DNA of 64,000 nucleotides from Candidatus Planktophila sp. (GCA_044341305.1 JBIIRY010000003.1:17046-81045); one strand, 5' to 3'. Positions 10,495 through 20,662 are shown, counted from the stretch's first letter. Numbers and translations are program-made. The notes: a model not told the origin generated them from the sequence alone.

Positions 10495-13400
10495 TATGAA
10501 CTGCCTTTCGAAGTTGATGTTAATTCGGTAACTACCTGTGTTACCCAAGCCAGAAGAGAAGTATCCACTATTGGGGCAGTACTTTCGGACGGATTCCATG
10601 CGGAGCTCTTTGGTAAAGCCACTAATACTGTTGAAGATGCGGATTTATAGAGTGATCCTGGGTACATACGAGCCAATTTAAGTTGCTTGGATTCGGGCAA
10701 ATTAATGGGCGAGAGTCGAACAAATTTTCCTTGGGCAACAACTTCCCGAAGAGAAATGCTCTTTGCGAATGCGCGAAGTGCGGCAACACCAAGAAGTGTT
10801 TGCGCTTCTTCTGGTAAAGCTCCAAAGCGATCGAGGAGCTCTTCTTCTATGGCGTTAACATCTTCACGGTTTCGAACATCTGCTAAACGACGATAAAGAT
10901 CTAAACGCAAACGCTCACCGGGTACGTATTGTGAATCTAAATGTGCATTAATTGGTAATTCAACTTTACATTCGTGGTTTGGCTCAGTTGTTTCAATGAT
11001 TCCAGCCTTGTATTCGTGAACCGCTTCGCCAACCATTCGCATATATAAATCAAAGCCAACATCTGCAATGTGACCTGATTGTTCGCCGCCTAAGAGATTT
11101 CCTGCGCCGCGAATTTCGAGATCTTTCAGCGCAACGCGCATTCCAGCGCCTAATTCAGTGTTAGCTGCAATTGTCTTTAATCGATCATGGGCTAATTCAC
11201 TTAAGGGTTGATCTGGAGGAAACAAGAAATAGGCATACGCGCGTTCACGTCCACGCCCCACACGTCCACGGAGTTGATGAAGTTGAGAAAGGCCGAATAG
11301 ATCTGCTCGCTCAACAATTAAAGTATTGGCATTAGCAATATCTAATCCACTTTCAACAATAGTTGTACAAACCAAGACATCAAAATCACGATTCCAAAAT
11401 GCCAGAATCACATCTTCGAGTGCGCCCTCACTCATCTGTCCATGAGCAATTCGGATGCGCGCTTCCGGTACAAGTTTTTGCAATTTTTGCGCAGCCTGAT
11501 CAATTGATTCGACACGATTATGGATGTAGAAAATTTGTCCATCGCGCAATAATTCACGATGTATCGCTGCAGTAATTTGTGCGTCGTCTCGTGCACCGAC
11601 ATAGGTCAAGATTGGGTGACGCTCTTCAGGAGGAGTCGTGATCGTAGACATCTCACGAATACCAGTCACAGCCATTTCCAATGTGCGAGGTATAGGTGTT
11701 GCAGACATAGCTAAAACATCAACTGTTGTTCGTAGTTTTTTGAGAGATTCTTTTTGTTCAACACCGAAGCGTTGCTCTTCATCCACTACGACCAAACCAA
11801 GATCCTTAAATTGGACGTCATTAGAGAGTATTCGGTGGGTTCCAACAACGATGTCATATGTGCCAGCTTCGACTCCGGCCAAAATCTCTTTGCTCTCTTT
11901 TGCGCTGTTAAATCGTGACAATCCCGCAACCTTGATTGGGAATCCCGAATAACGTTCTTCAAAAGTTTTAGTGTGCTGCTGAACCAGCAACGTAGTTGGA
12001 ACTAATACCGCTACTTGCTTGCCATCTTGCACTGCTTTAAAAGCAGCACGAATAGCGATTTCAGTTTTTCCATAGCCAACATCACCGCAAATGATTCGAT
12101 CCATCGGATAAGGGCGTTCCATATCAGCCTTAACTTCATTAATCGTTGAGAGTTGATCAGGGGTTTCGATATACGCAAATGAATCTTCGAGTTCGCGTTG
12201 CCACGGTGTATCTGGCGAAAATGCAAAACCTGGAGAAGATGTACGTGCGGCGTACAATCGAATTAATTCACCTGCAATTTGCCGCACGGCTTTGCGTGCA
12301 CGCCCCTTTGCTTTTTGCCATTCACCGCTTCCGATTCGATGAACAGTTGGAGTTTCACCACCTACGTACTTACTTACCTGTTCGAGTGAATCTGTTGGAA
12401 CGAAGATGCGATCACCTGGTTGTCCGCGCTTGGCAGAGGCGTACTCAAGTACTAAGTACTCACGGGTTACTCCAGCAACGGTTCGCGAAACTAACTCTAT
12501 GTATCTGCCAATGCCATGTTGTTCGTGAACAACGAAATCTCCCGCTTTCAACTCAAGCGGATCGATGGCAGTTTTACGTTTAGAGGGGAGTTTTTCAGTG
12601 TTGTTGATGACACCTTTGCTGCCAGATAAATCTCTTTCAGTGATGAATAGAATTCGAGCTGATGGCACGCTAAATCCATACGCAATTGTGGATGTCACAA
12701 CACGAACAGATATTTCAGCGCTTCTAAACAAATTTGAATACCGATCATGCATTCCGTGGCCATGAGCTGCAAAAACTAAATTCTGCCCGGCATCTGTTGC
12801 GCTTCTAAATTCCTCTACTAGTCGTTCTGTATTTCCCCTTAGCGGGTCTATTGCGTGCGCATCTAAGAATGCTGCTTCTTCATCTAAATCACTTCCAAAA
12901 ACATTAAAGCTTCGGGGCGCTAACTTATTTTTCTTTATTTCTTTGAACAGTTCTTCCCACGTCATATATGTGCCATCTCCACTGTGTAATGGAGTTGCTC
13001 CACCACTTGCAGCGTTTAGCCAAGAAGCTAAGTAAAACTCTTCATTGGTTGCAAGAAGGTCTGCGGCTCTTGATTTAATTCTTTCTTCATCAATGAATAT
13101 AACTTCAGTGTTCTCGGGCATTCGATCTAAAATACTCTCAGTGGAATCAACGAATAAAGGAATGAAAGATTCCATGCCTTCAGTTGCAATTCCTTCTGAG
13201 ATTTTTTCTAATATTTCCGAGGCTTGAGGAAACTGCGTGATTAGTGCCTTTGCTTTTGCTCGAACTTCTGAAGAGAGCAACAACTCTCGACATGGCAAAA
13301 TCTTGATGACACCTTCTATAGGGGCTGTCGTGCGCTGACCTGCAACATCAAAGTAACTAATGTCTTCAATCTCATCACCAAAAAAATCTATACGAACGGG

Positions 13401-13940
13401 TTGACTTGCAAGTGGTAGAAAAACGTCAAGAATTCCTCCGCGCACGGCAAACTCACCACGGCGTTCGACTAAATCTGTGCGTTGATATGCAAGTTCGCCG
13501 AGGTGGTCAATAAGCTCTTTGAGATCACATTGAATTCCGACTGCGAGTTCGCGTACAGGTTCTGCGGCAAGTGAATTAATTATTCGATGAATCAGACCAC
13601 GTACTGGAGTTACTACTATCGGATTCTTAAATTGCTTGTTCTTAAGTTCGATAAGAGTTGCTATTCGTTGCGCAACAGTGTCACTTCGAGGACTTAATCT
13701 TTCGTGCGGCAAAGTTTCCCATGCTGGAAACTCAAAGACTTCTGGATGTAATTCGCGCAGATCGTTAACAAAATCTTCACTAGACCTGCTGGAACTCGTA
13801 ACGATTAATAGTGGGTGTTCTGTGGCGCGAATTGCTGCAAGAAATGGATGCAGCGGCGATGGGGCGATGATGCGCTTTTTCGATTCAAGAGCATCACGAA
13901 TATGAGCATCAGTGGCGAGTGCATCGCGTACCAATTTCAT
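10494..13940 (-). CDS. mfd: transcription-repair coupling factor Mfd
   Basis: 1148 aa. Contains a CarD-like domain (GDFVVHEQHGIGRY), helicase motifs GDVGYGKTE and DEEQRFGV, and a TRCF domain. Confidence 0.97.
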   Translation of the reverse strand: MKLVRDALATDAHIRDALESKKRIIAPSPLHPFLAAIRATEHPLLIVTSSSRSSEDFVNDLRELHPEVFEFPAWETLPHERLSPRSDTVAQRIATLIELKNKQFKNPIVVTPVRGLIHRIINSLAAEPVRELAVGIQCDLKELIDHLGELAYQRTDLVERRGEFAVRGGILDVFLPLASQPVRIDFFGDEIEDISYFDVAGQRTTAPIEGVIKILPCRELLLSSEVRAKAKALITQFPQASEILEKISEGIATEGMESFIPLFVDSTESILDRMPENTEVIFIDEERIKSRAADLLATNEEFYLASWLNAASGGATPLHSGDGTYMTWEELFKEIKKNKLAPRSFNVFGSDLDEEAAFLDAHAIDPLRGNTERLVEEFRSATDAGQNLVFAAHGHGMHDRYSNLFRSAEISVRVVTSTIAYGFSVPSARILFITERDLSGSKGVINNTEKLPSKRKTAIDPLELKAGDFVVHEQHGIGRYIELVSRTVAGVTREYLVLEYASAKRGQPGDRIFVPTDSLEQVSKYVGGETPTVHRIGSGEWQKAKGRARKAVRQIAGELIRLYAARTSSPGFAFSPDTPWQRELEDSFAYIETPDQLSTINEVKADMERPYPMDRIICGDVGYGKTEIAIRAAFKAVQDGKQVAVLVPTTLLVQQHTKTFEERYSGFPIKVAGLSRFNSAKESKEILAGVEAGTYDIVVGTHRILSNDVQFKDLGLVVVDEEQRFGVEQKESLKKLRTTVDVLAMSATPIPRTLEMAVTGIREMSTITTPPEERHPILTYVGARDDAQITAAIHRELLRDGQIFYIHNRVESIDQAAQKLQKLVPEARIRIAHGQMSEGALEDVILAFWNRDFDVLVCTTIVESGLDIANANTLIVERADLFGLSQLHQLRGRVGRGRERAYAYFLFPPDQPLSELAHDRLKTIAANTELGAGMRVALKDLEIRGAGNLLGGEQSGHIADVGFDLYMRMVGEAVHEYKAGIIETTEPNHECKVELPINAHLDSQYVPGERLRLDLYRRLADVRNREDVNAIEEELLDRFGALPEEAQTLLGVAALRAFAKSISLREVVAQGKFVRLSPINLPESKQLKLARMYPGSLYKSASSTVLVALPKSSAWNPSESTAPIVDTSLLAWVTQVVTELTSTSKGSS

Positions 13941-14043
13941 GTAAGCCCCCTGTCTAGAAAAACGCCTAAGGCCCCAACTCCGTGAGACCGGAGGGGGCTT
14001 AATAGGGCAAGTCTAAGGCAGGTGAACCTGCCATGATTAGCCA

Positions 14044-16761
14044 ATGTCTACGCAAGATTCCGCAGCAGCTATCGGCAATGATGGCGCTGGTTTGCGTGCC
14101 GATGTTCGAAAGCTTGGCGATTTACTCGGTGAGTCACTTGTTCGACAAGAAGGTCAAGAGTTACTTGAACTCGTAGAAGCCGTTCGTAAAGCAGGCAAAG
14201 ACGGTGGTGGTGACGAACTCTTATCAAAACTATCTACCGAGCAATCAGTTCAGCTAGTTCGTGCATTTAGTACATATTTCAATTTGGCGAACGTTGCAGA
14301 GCAAGTTCACCGTGCACGAGTTTTATCTGATGCCAGAGCACAAGGTGGATCGTGGATGGCAAAAGCCGTAGACAAAATTGCGGCCGCGCAGAGTGCAAAG
14401 GTGCCTGGTCACGAATTTTCTACAGAAGATGTGAAGAGTTGGGTCAGTGAATTAATGGTGCGCCCTGTCTTTACCGCACACCCAACTGAAGCTGCGCGAC
14501 GTTCTGTTCTAAACAAATTAGGACGTGTGGCAAAACTCTTAGATCAGCCAAGTACTCCATCTCAACGTGATCAGTTAGCAGAAACGATCGATGTACTGTG
14601 GCAAACAGATGAACTACGTGTTGGACGTCCAGAGCCACTAGATGAAGCTATGAATGCTCTTTACTATCTGGATGATTTATTCAAATTAACGATTCCAGAA
14701 GTACTCAACGATTTTAAGAATGAGATTAAAAGACTCGGAGTGGAACTTCCCTTAGATGCTCGGCCGCTCTCATTTGGAAGCTGGATTGGCGGAGACCGAG
14801 ATGGCAACCCGAATATCACGGCATCAATCACTGAATCTGCGATGGTGTTACAAGTTGGTCATTCAATTCGCGTAACAATTGCAGCGATGGATGAGTTACG
14901 CCAGATGCTCTCAGTTTCAACAAGAATCACTGGCGTCAACCAATCGTTATTGAAATCAGTTGAAGAAGATCTCAAACATATTCCAGAGTTTGAAGAACGA
15001 TTCAAGCGCTTAAATGTTCAAGAGCCATACCGTTTGAAGGCAACAGCAATTGTGCATCGCCTTGCATTCACTCGTAATCGTCACGCTGCTGGTACTGCGC
15101 ATGTTCCGCACCGTGATTACAACAACACCTCAGAACTATTGGCGGACCTCACTTTGATGCGTGATTCATTGCTAGAAAATCGTGGCGAACTAATGGCCAC
15201 AGGTCTACTTGAAAGAACTATGCGTACGGTTTCAGCCTTTGGTCTTACTCATGCCACTCTTGATGTTCGCGAGCACTCCGATGCACATCACCACACACTT
15301 GCTTTCGCATTAGGTGACTCATATAAAGGCAAGAACCATCAAGAGCGCTTCGCCATTCTTGCGAAGGAGCTTTCCTCCTCGAAGAAGTTAGATTTTGGAA
15401 AATGTGATGAACGCGCACAAAAAACACTAGATACCTTCAGAGCTATCTTCGATATTGTGCAGCGCTTCGGCCCTGAATCAATTGAGACCTACATCGTTTC
15501 AATGACAAAGGGACCAGATGATTTATTGGCAGCAATAGTTCTGGCTAAACAAGCTGGACTAATAAATGTTTCCACTAGCACCGCAATTATTGGTTTTGCT
15601 CCATTGCTTGAAACAGTGGCTGAGTTACGGGCAGCTGGAGAAATTCTTGAGACATTGCTGAGTGATCCTGGATATAGAAAGATCGTCGAACTTCGCGGTA
15701 ATTTGCAAGAAATTATGTTGGGTTATTCTGATTCAAATAAAGATGCAGGAATCGCAACTAGCCAATGGGAAATTCATCGAGCACAACGTAAATTGCGCGA
15801 TGTAGCAATGAAGCACGGAGTCAGGTTGCGTTTGTTCCACGGTCGCGGTGGTTCTGTAGGTCGCGGTGGTGGCCCAACCTATGAAGCACTCGTTGCATTG
15901 CCGTGGGGTTCTATTGATGGACAAATCAAGATGACTGAGCAAGGCGAAGTCATTAGTGATAAGTACTCACTTCCATCACTTGCTCGAGAAAACATCGAAC
16001 TAATGCTGGCTGCTTCATTAGAAGCCACGGTTCTTAATCGTGCGCCGCGACAGAGCAATGAAGATTTAGAAAAATGGAACTCATGCATGGATCTGATTAG
16101 TGAAACCTCTTTTGCGCGCTATCGCGCATTAGTTGATCACCCAGATTTGCCTGCTTATTTCTACACATCAACACCTGTAGAACAACTCGGTGAAATGATG
16201 TTGGGTTCACGCCCTTCCAGACGTCCTGATGCTGCCGGTGGTTTAGATGGTTTGCGCGCAATTCCATGGGTATTTGGTTGGACTCAATCTCGCCAGATTG
16301 TTCCTGGTTGGTTTGGCGTAGGAAGCGGCTTGCGAGCAGCACGTGAAGCAGGAAAATCTGAAGTCATTGAGGAAATGCTTGGGCAATGGCACTTCTTCCA
16401 TACATTCATTAGCAATGTTGAAATGACGCTAGCTAAGACTGATTTAGAGATGGCAAAGCGTTACGTAGAGGCGCTAGTTCCAAAAGAGTTGCATCACTTT
16501 CTCGACGTAATTGCTGCCGAATTTAAGTTAACGTGTGAAGAAATTCTGAAAGTTACAAAGAAGGTTTCATTGCTGGGAGATCAGCCAATTTTGGCTCGAA
16601 CACTTCAGGTAAGAGATGCGTATCTTGCGCCATTACATTTACTGCAAGTAAATCTCCTAGAGCGAGTGCGCAATCACGATGGTGAAGTAGATCCAACTCT
16701 TCAAAGAGCTCTTTTGTTGACTATCAACGGCGTTGCAGCAGGCCTTCGAAATACAGGTTGA
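14044..16761 (+). CDS. ppc: phosphoenolpyruvate carboxylase
   Basis: 905 aa. VFTAHPTE, GYSDSNKDAG, FHGRGGSVGRGGGP and the C-terminal LRNTG. Confidence 0.97.
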   Translation: MSTQDSAAAIGNDGAGLRADVRKLGDLLGESLVRQEGQELLELVEAVRKAGKDGGGDELLSKLSTEQSVQLVRAFSTYFNLANVAEQVHRARVLSDARAQGGSWMAKAVDKIAAAQSAKVPGHEFSTEDVKSWVSELMVRPVFTAHPTEAARRSVLNKLGRVAKLLDQPSTPSQRDQLAETIDVLWQTDELRVGRPEPLDEAMNALYYLDDLFKLTIPEVLNDFKNEIKRLGVELPLDARPLSFGSWIGGDRDGNPNITASITESAMVLQVGHSIRVTIAAMDELRQMLSVSTRITGVNQSLLKSVEEDLKHIPEFEERFKRLNVQEPYRLKATAIVHRLAFTRNRHAAGTAHVPHRDYNNTSELLADLTLMRDSLLENRGELMATGLLERTMRTVSAFGLTHATLDVREHSDAHHHTLAFALGDSYKGKNHQERFAILAKELSSSKKLDFGKCDERAQKTLDTFRAIFDIVQRFGPESIETYIVSMTKGPDDLLAAIVLAKQAGLINVSTSTAIIGFAPLLETVAELRAAGEILETLLSDPGYRKIVELRGNLQEIMLGYSDSNKDAGIATSQWEIHRAQRKLRDVAMKHGVRLRLFHGRGGSVGRGGGPTYEALVALPWGSIDGQIKMTEQGEVISDKYSLPSLARENIELMLAASLEATVLNRAPRQSNEDLEKWNSCMDLISETSFARYRALVDHPDLPAYFYTSTPVEQLGEMMLGSRPSRRPDAAGGLDGLRAIPWVFGWTQSRQIVPGWFGVGSGLRAAREAGKSEVIEEMLGQWHFFHTFISNVEMTLAKTDLEMAKRYVEALVPKELHHFLDVIAAEFKLTCEEILKVTKKVSLLGDQPILARTLQVRDAYLAPLHLLQVNLLERVRNHDGEVDPTLQRALLLTINGVAAGLRNTG

Positions 16762-16764
16762 GTC

Positions 16765-17340
16765 TTAGCTGTTAAAGCGTGATTGTGTTTCTTCCAAACC
16801 CTTTGTTATTAGAGACTCGACCACATCACACCCGCGATCAATAAATTCTGGCAGAGTCTTTTTCTCAGCAACAGAAAAAGCCTTTAAGACAAAGTCTGCA
16901 GGATCTTGTGAGCCCATTGGACGACCGATACCTAAGCGGACTCTGAAATATTCAGCAGTTGCTAGTGCTGATGTCATCGACTTCAAACCATTATGGCCAT
17001 TATCGCCACCAGCTAGTTTTGAGCGAATTGTTGAATACGCAATATCTAGTTCATCGTGTAAAGCAATAATGTGATCCGGTTCGACTTTATAAAAAGCTGC
17101 TAACGCCTTGAGTGGGCCGCCAGTCTCATTCATGTAGCTCTTAGACTTTGCAATGATGACCGATTGCGCATCAACACCTACACCGATTTTAAATGCGGCA
17201 AATTCAGTTCGTGACTTATGAGAAGACCACTTAACTTTGTAACGTTTAGCTAGTTCGTCAACAACCATTTGACCAACATTGTGGCGAGTTGCTGCATATT
17301 CTGGACCCGGATTACCGAGTCCAATTACTAACCAAACCAT
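16765..17340 (-). CDS. pth: peptidyl-tRNA hydrolase
   Basis: GLGNPGPEYAATRHNVG and GGDNGHNGLKS. Confidence 0.95.
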   Translation of the reverse strand: MVWLVIGLGNPGPEYAATRHNVGQMVVDELAKRYKVKWSSHKSRTEFAAFKIGVGVDAQSVIIAKSKSYMNETGGPLKALAAFYKVEPDHIIALHDELDIAYSTIRSKLAGGDNGHNGLKSMTSALATAEYFRVRLGIGRPMGSQDPADFVLKAFSVAEKKTLPEFIDRGCDVVESLITKGLEETQSRFNS

Positions 17341-17356
17341 GTAGCAAGGTTAGTGC

Positions 17357-17992
17357 TTAAGCATCCTTCTTCTCGGCATCACCAGCAGTAGCGGCAGCGC
17401 CTTCAGCTGGAGCAGCAGCAGCATCTGCAGCAGGGGCTGCAACTTCTTCAACTACTGTAGAACGCTCTGAGAGGTGAACGACAATCATCTTTGGATCTGA
17501 GATAAGAACAACGCCTGAAGGAAGAACTACATCTGCAGCATACTTCGATGTTCCTGCAACCAATCCGGTGATATCAAGATCAAGGTGAGCAGGAATAGAT
17601 GTAGCTTCTGTTTCAACTTCAATTGTGTTGTTAACGTGCTCGAGGATTCCGTCGCGATCAAATTCACCAGAAGCATGAACTGGTACAGATACGACAACTT
17701 TTTCACCACGACGAACGATTACGAGGTCAATGTGATCAAGTGTTAACTTGATTGGATGGCGCACGATTGCTTTTGGAAGTGTGAGTTCTGTTTTGCCATC
17801 TACAACGATGTCGAGAAGAACGTTTGAAGTTTTTAGTGCAACGCCTAATTCGCGTGCTGGAAGAGTGATGTGTGCTGGCTTCTCACCGTGACCGTAGATC
17901 ACAGCTGGAACTTGACCATCGCGACGTGCACGACGTGATGCGCCTTTACCGAATTCAGTACGACGAATTCCGTTGATGGTGATCTCAGCCAT
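17357..17992 (-). CDS. rplY: 50S ribosomal protein L25/Ctc
   Basis: GKGASRRARRDGQVPAVIYG followed by an Ala/Pro-rich acidic tail. Confidence 0.93.
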   Translation of the reverse strand: MAEITINGIRRTEFGKGASRRARRDGQVPAVIYGHGEKPAHITLPARELGVALKTSNVLLDIVVDGKTELTLPKAIVRHPIKLTLDHIDLVIVRRGEKVVVSVPVHASGEFDRDGILEHVNNTIEVETEATSIPAHLDLDITGLVAGTSKYAADVVLPSGVVLISDPKMIVVHLSERSTVVEEVAAPAADAAAAPAEGAAATAGDAEKKDA

Positions 17993-18080
17993 TTTAATTT
18001 CTCCCTGTTAGGTAAAACTTTCGGTTACTTCACAAAAGTCCCAGCAGGAGCATTTACCTGCACCGTCGATAACGGAAGTT

Positions 18081-18102
18081 AAAAACCCTCGCCGGAACGA
18101 GG
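18081..18102 (-). terminator. possible intrinsic terminator downstream of prs
   Basis: The minus strand reads CCTCG-TTCCGG-CGAGG followed by GTTTTT. The stem is short, so this is tentative. Confidence 0.4.
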
Positions 18103-18142
18103 CAAAGATTAGCGAAGGGTTATCGGCTCTGGCAAATCGCGC

Positions 18143-19123
18143 TTATGAGTGGCCATCGAAGAGGCTGGTTACGGAACCATCTTCGAAGACCTCTCGAATT
18201 GCGCGACCAAGAAGCGGTGCAATCGAGAGAACTGTGAGGTTGTCGAACTTTTGATCCTCCGAAATTGGAAGAGTATTTGTAATCACAACTTCACTGGCAC
18301 GAGAGTTCTTAAGACGTTCAATTGCAGGTCCCGATAGCACTGCGTGAGTAGCGGCGATGATTACCTCTTTTGCACCTGCTTCAAAGAGTGCGTCCACTGC
18401 CTTTGTAATTGTGCCGGCAGTATCGATCATGTCATCGATAACAACGCATGTCTGACCTTCGACATCACCAACTACGCGACCTGTGGTTGATTCATTTGGA
18501 ATGCGTGGATCACGTGTTTTATGAATAAATGCGATCGGACATCCGCCGAGTAAATCTGACCAACGTTCTGCAACGCGTACTCGACCAGAGTCAGGAGAAA
18601 CAATTGTTAGACGTGAGCGATCAACTTTTGAACCAACATAATCTGCAAGCATTGGAAGTGCGAATAGATGATCTACTGGACCATCGAAGAAGCCTTGAAT
18701 CTGTGATGTGTGAAGATCAACAACCATTAAACGATCCGCGCCCGCTGCTTTAAACAAATCTGCCATCAAACGTGCAGAGATAGGTTCGCGTCCACGGTGC
18801 TTCTTATCTTGGCGCGCATAACCATAAAAGGGTGCAACAACTGTAATTCGCTTTGCAGATGCGCGCTTAAGTGCATCAACCATGATGAGTTGTTCCATGA
18901 TTTGTTTATTGACCGGCGCAGAGTGACTCTGTAATACGAATGCATCGCAACCACGAACGCTCTCTTCGAAGCGAACAAATATTTCACCATTTGCAAAGTC
19001 ATATGCTGATGTTGGTGTAATTGGAACACCAAGTTCTTGTGCAACTTCTTCGGCTAACTCCGGGAATCCACGGCCTGAAAAAAGTCTTAACCGTTTTTCA
19101 GATGCCAGACGGAGTTCGCTCAT
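18143..19123 (-). CDS. prs: ribose-phosphate pyrophosphokinase
   Basis: YARQDKK, and the PRPP-binding loop VVIDDMIDTAGT. Confidence 0.96.
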   Translation of the reverse strand: MSELRLASEKRLRLFSGRGFPELAEEVAQELGVPITPTSAYDFANGEIFVRFEESVRGCDAFVLQSHSAPVNKQIMEQLIMVDALKRASAKRITVVAPFYGYARQDKKHRGREPISARLMADLFKAAGADRLMVVDLHTSQIQGFFDGPVDHLFALPMLADYVGSKVDRSRLTIVSPDSGRVRVAERWSDLLGGCPIAFIHKTRDPRIPNESTTGRVVGDVEGQTCVVIDDMIDTAGTITKAVDALFEAGAKEVIIAATHAVLSGPAIERLKNSRASEVVITNTLPISEDQKFDNLTVLSIAPLLGRAIREVFEDGSVTSLFDGHS

Positions 19124-19128
19124 GGGGC

Positions 19129-20589
19129 TTAGCCTCTCTTATGTCCGTTTTCACTGCCAGTGTGACGCGCTGCAGCTTCGGCAGATTTTGAGCCAGAACG
19201 TTTGCGCAAGACCCAGCCTAAGACATTTCGTTGGCGTGATCGACCAACTCCAATTGCTCCAGGTGGGACATCTTCAGAAATTACAGATCCTGCAGCCGTG
19301 TAAGCCCCATCACCAATTGTTACCGGCGCAATCAACATTGAATCGCTTCCGATACGAACGTGGTCTCCCACGATTGTTTCGTGCTTTTCAACGCCATCGT
19401 AATTAACAAATACGGTTGCAGCGCCAATGTTGGTGCCTTCGCCAATTTTTGCATCGCCGACGTAGGAAAGATGTGGAACTTTCGAATCATTGCCAATCGT
19501 TGAATTCTTAATCTCTACAAATGCTCCGGCCTTAGAGCCGATACCAAGTTGTGTTCCCTTGCGTAAGTATGAATAAGGGCCGACATGTGCGTCTTTTCCG
19601 ATGATGCTCTCCTGGCACACAGATTCGATCACGCGAGCGCCCTCAAGGATTGTGCATGAATCAAGTGTTGTACGAGGGCCAATTACGGCGCCAGATTTAA
19701 TCGTCGTCTTTCCTAGAATTGCTGATCCTGGATAAATAGTGACATCACTTTCAATGGTGGCAGTGACATCTATCCATGTTGTTGTTGGATCAGTAATTGT
19801 TACTCCGGCGCGCATTAAATCGCTATTAATTCGATCGCGTAAATACGCTCCACTTTCAGCAAGTTGTTCGCGATCATTTACTCCGAGAGTTTCGACGTAA
19901 TCATCGATGAGGGCAGCTGCGACTTCTCCCCCAGCTTGGCGCATAATCTCGAGCACATCGGTTAAATAGAGTTCGCCTTGGGCGTTACTGGTGGTGAGTT
20001 TGGAAATCGCTGATGTCAGTAGCGCACCATCAAAGATATAAACACCTGAGTTAACTTCAAAAATCATCTTTTCAGATTCGGATGCATCTTTCTCTTCAAC
20101 AATGCGAAGAAGTGAGCCGTCATCAGCGCGAATAATGCGTCCATAGCCAGTTGGATCTGGATGCTCGGCAGTCATTACAGATGCACTAAATCCACCGTTG
20201 TGGTGAAATGAAATTAATTGAGCAAGAGATTGTGTTGTGAGTAACGGAGTGTCCCCTGCTAGAACAAGAACTGAGCCCTTCGGAGAAATTCCTTGAAGTG
20301 CTAGCTGTGTTGCATGACCTGTTCCACCGCGCTTTTCTTGAAATACAGTAACTGCCTTCGGTGAAATTACTGCAACGTGTTCTTCAACTTTTTCGCGACC
20401 AGAACCAATGACAACTCTTATCTGTTGTGGCGAAAGTCCATGTACTGCATGTAAAACATGTCCGACTAATGTGCGGCCAGCAACTTCATGCAAAACTTTT
20501 GGCAACGAAGATTTCATTCGCGTTCCTTCGCCGGCGGCAAGGATAATCGCGCACTCAAGTGATGAGTCGGTGCCCTTTGGTGGCGTCAT
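19129..20589 (-). CDS. glmU: bifunctional UDP-N-acetylglucosamine pyrophosphorylase / glucosamine-1-phosphate N-acetyltransferase
   Basis: LAAGEGTRMKSSLPKVLH plus C-terminal left-handed beta-helix hexapeptide repeats. The only canonical start is the ATG at 20589. Confidence 0.96.
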   Translation of the reverse strand: MTPPKGTDSSLECAIILAAGEGTRMKSSLPKVLHEVAGRTLVGHVLHAVHGLSPQQIRVVIGSGREKVEEHVAVISPKAVTVFQEKRGGTGHATQLALQGISPKGSVLVLAGDTPLLTTQSLAQLISFHHNGGFSASVMTAEHPDPTGYGRIIRADDGSLLRIVEEKDASESEKMIFEVNSGVYIFDGALLTSAISKLTTSNAQGELYLTDVLEIMRQAGGEVAAALIDDYVETLGVNDREQLAESGAYLRDRINSDLMRAGVTITDPTTTWIDVTATIESDVTIYPGSAILGKTTIKSGAVIGPRTTLDSCTILEGARVIESVCQESIIGKDAHVGPYSYLRKGTQLGIGSKAGAFVEIKNSTIGNDSKVPHLSYVGDAKIGEGTNIGAATVFVNYDGVEKHETIVGDHVRIGSDSMLIAPVTIGDGAYTAAGSVISEDVPPGAIGVGRSRQRNVLGWVLRKRSGSKSAEAAARHTGSENGHKRG

Positions 20590-20590
20590 G

Positions 20591-20662
20591 CTCCGCCACC
20601 AGGTATCGATCCTGGACCCTGGGCTTCAAAGGCCCATGTGCTAGCCACTACACAATGGCGGA
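20591..20662 (-). tRNA. tRNA-Gln (anticodon UUG)
   Basis: Hand fold: TCCGCCA TT GTGT AGTGGCTA GCAC A TGGGC CTTTGAA GCCCA GGGT CCAGG ATCGATA CCTGG TGGCGGA G. 72 nt with U1-A72, typical of tRNA-Gln. Confidence 0.9.
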
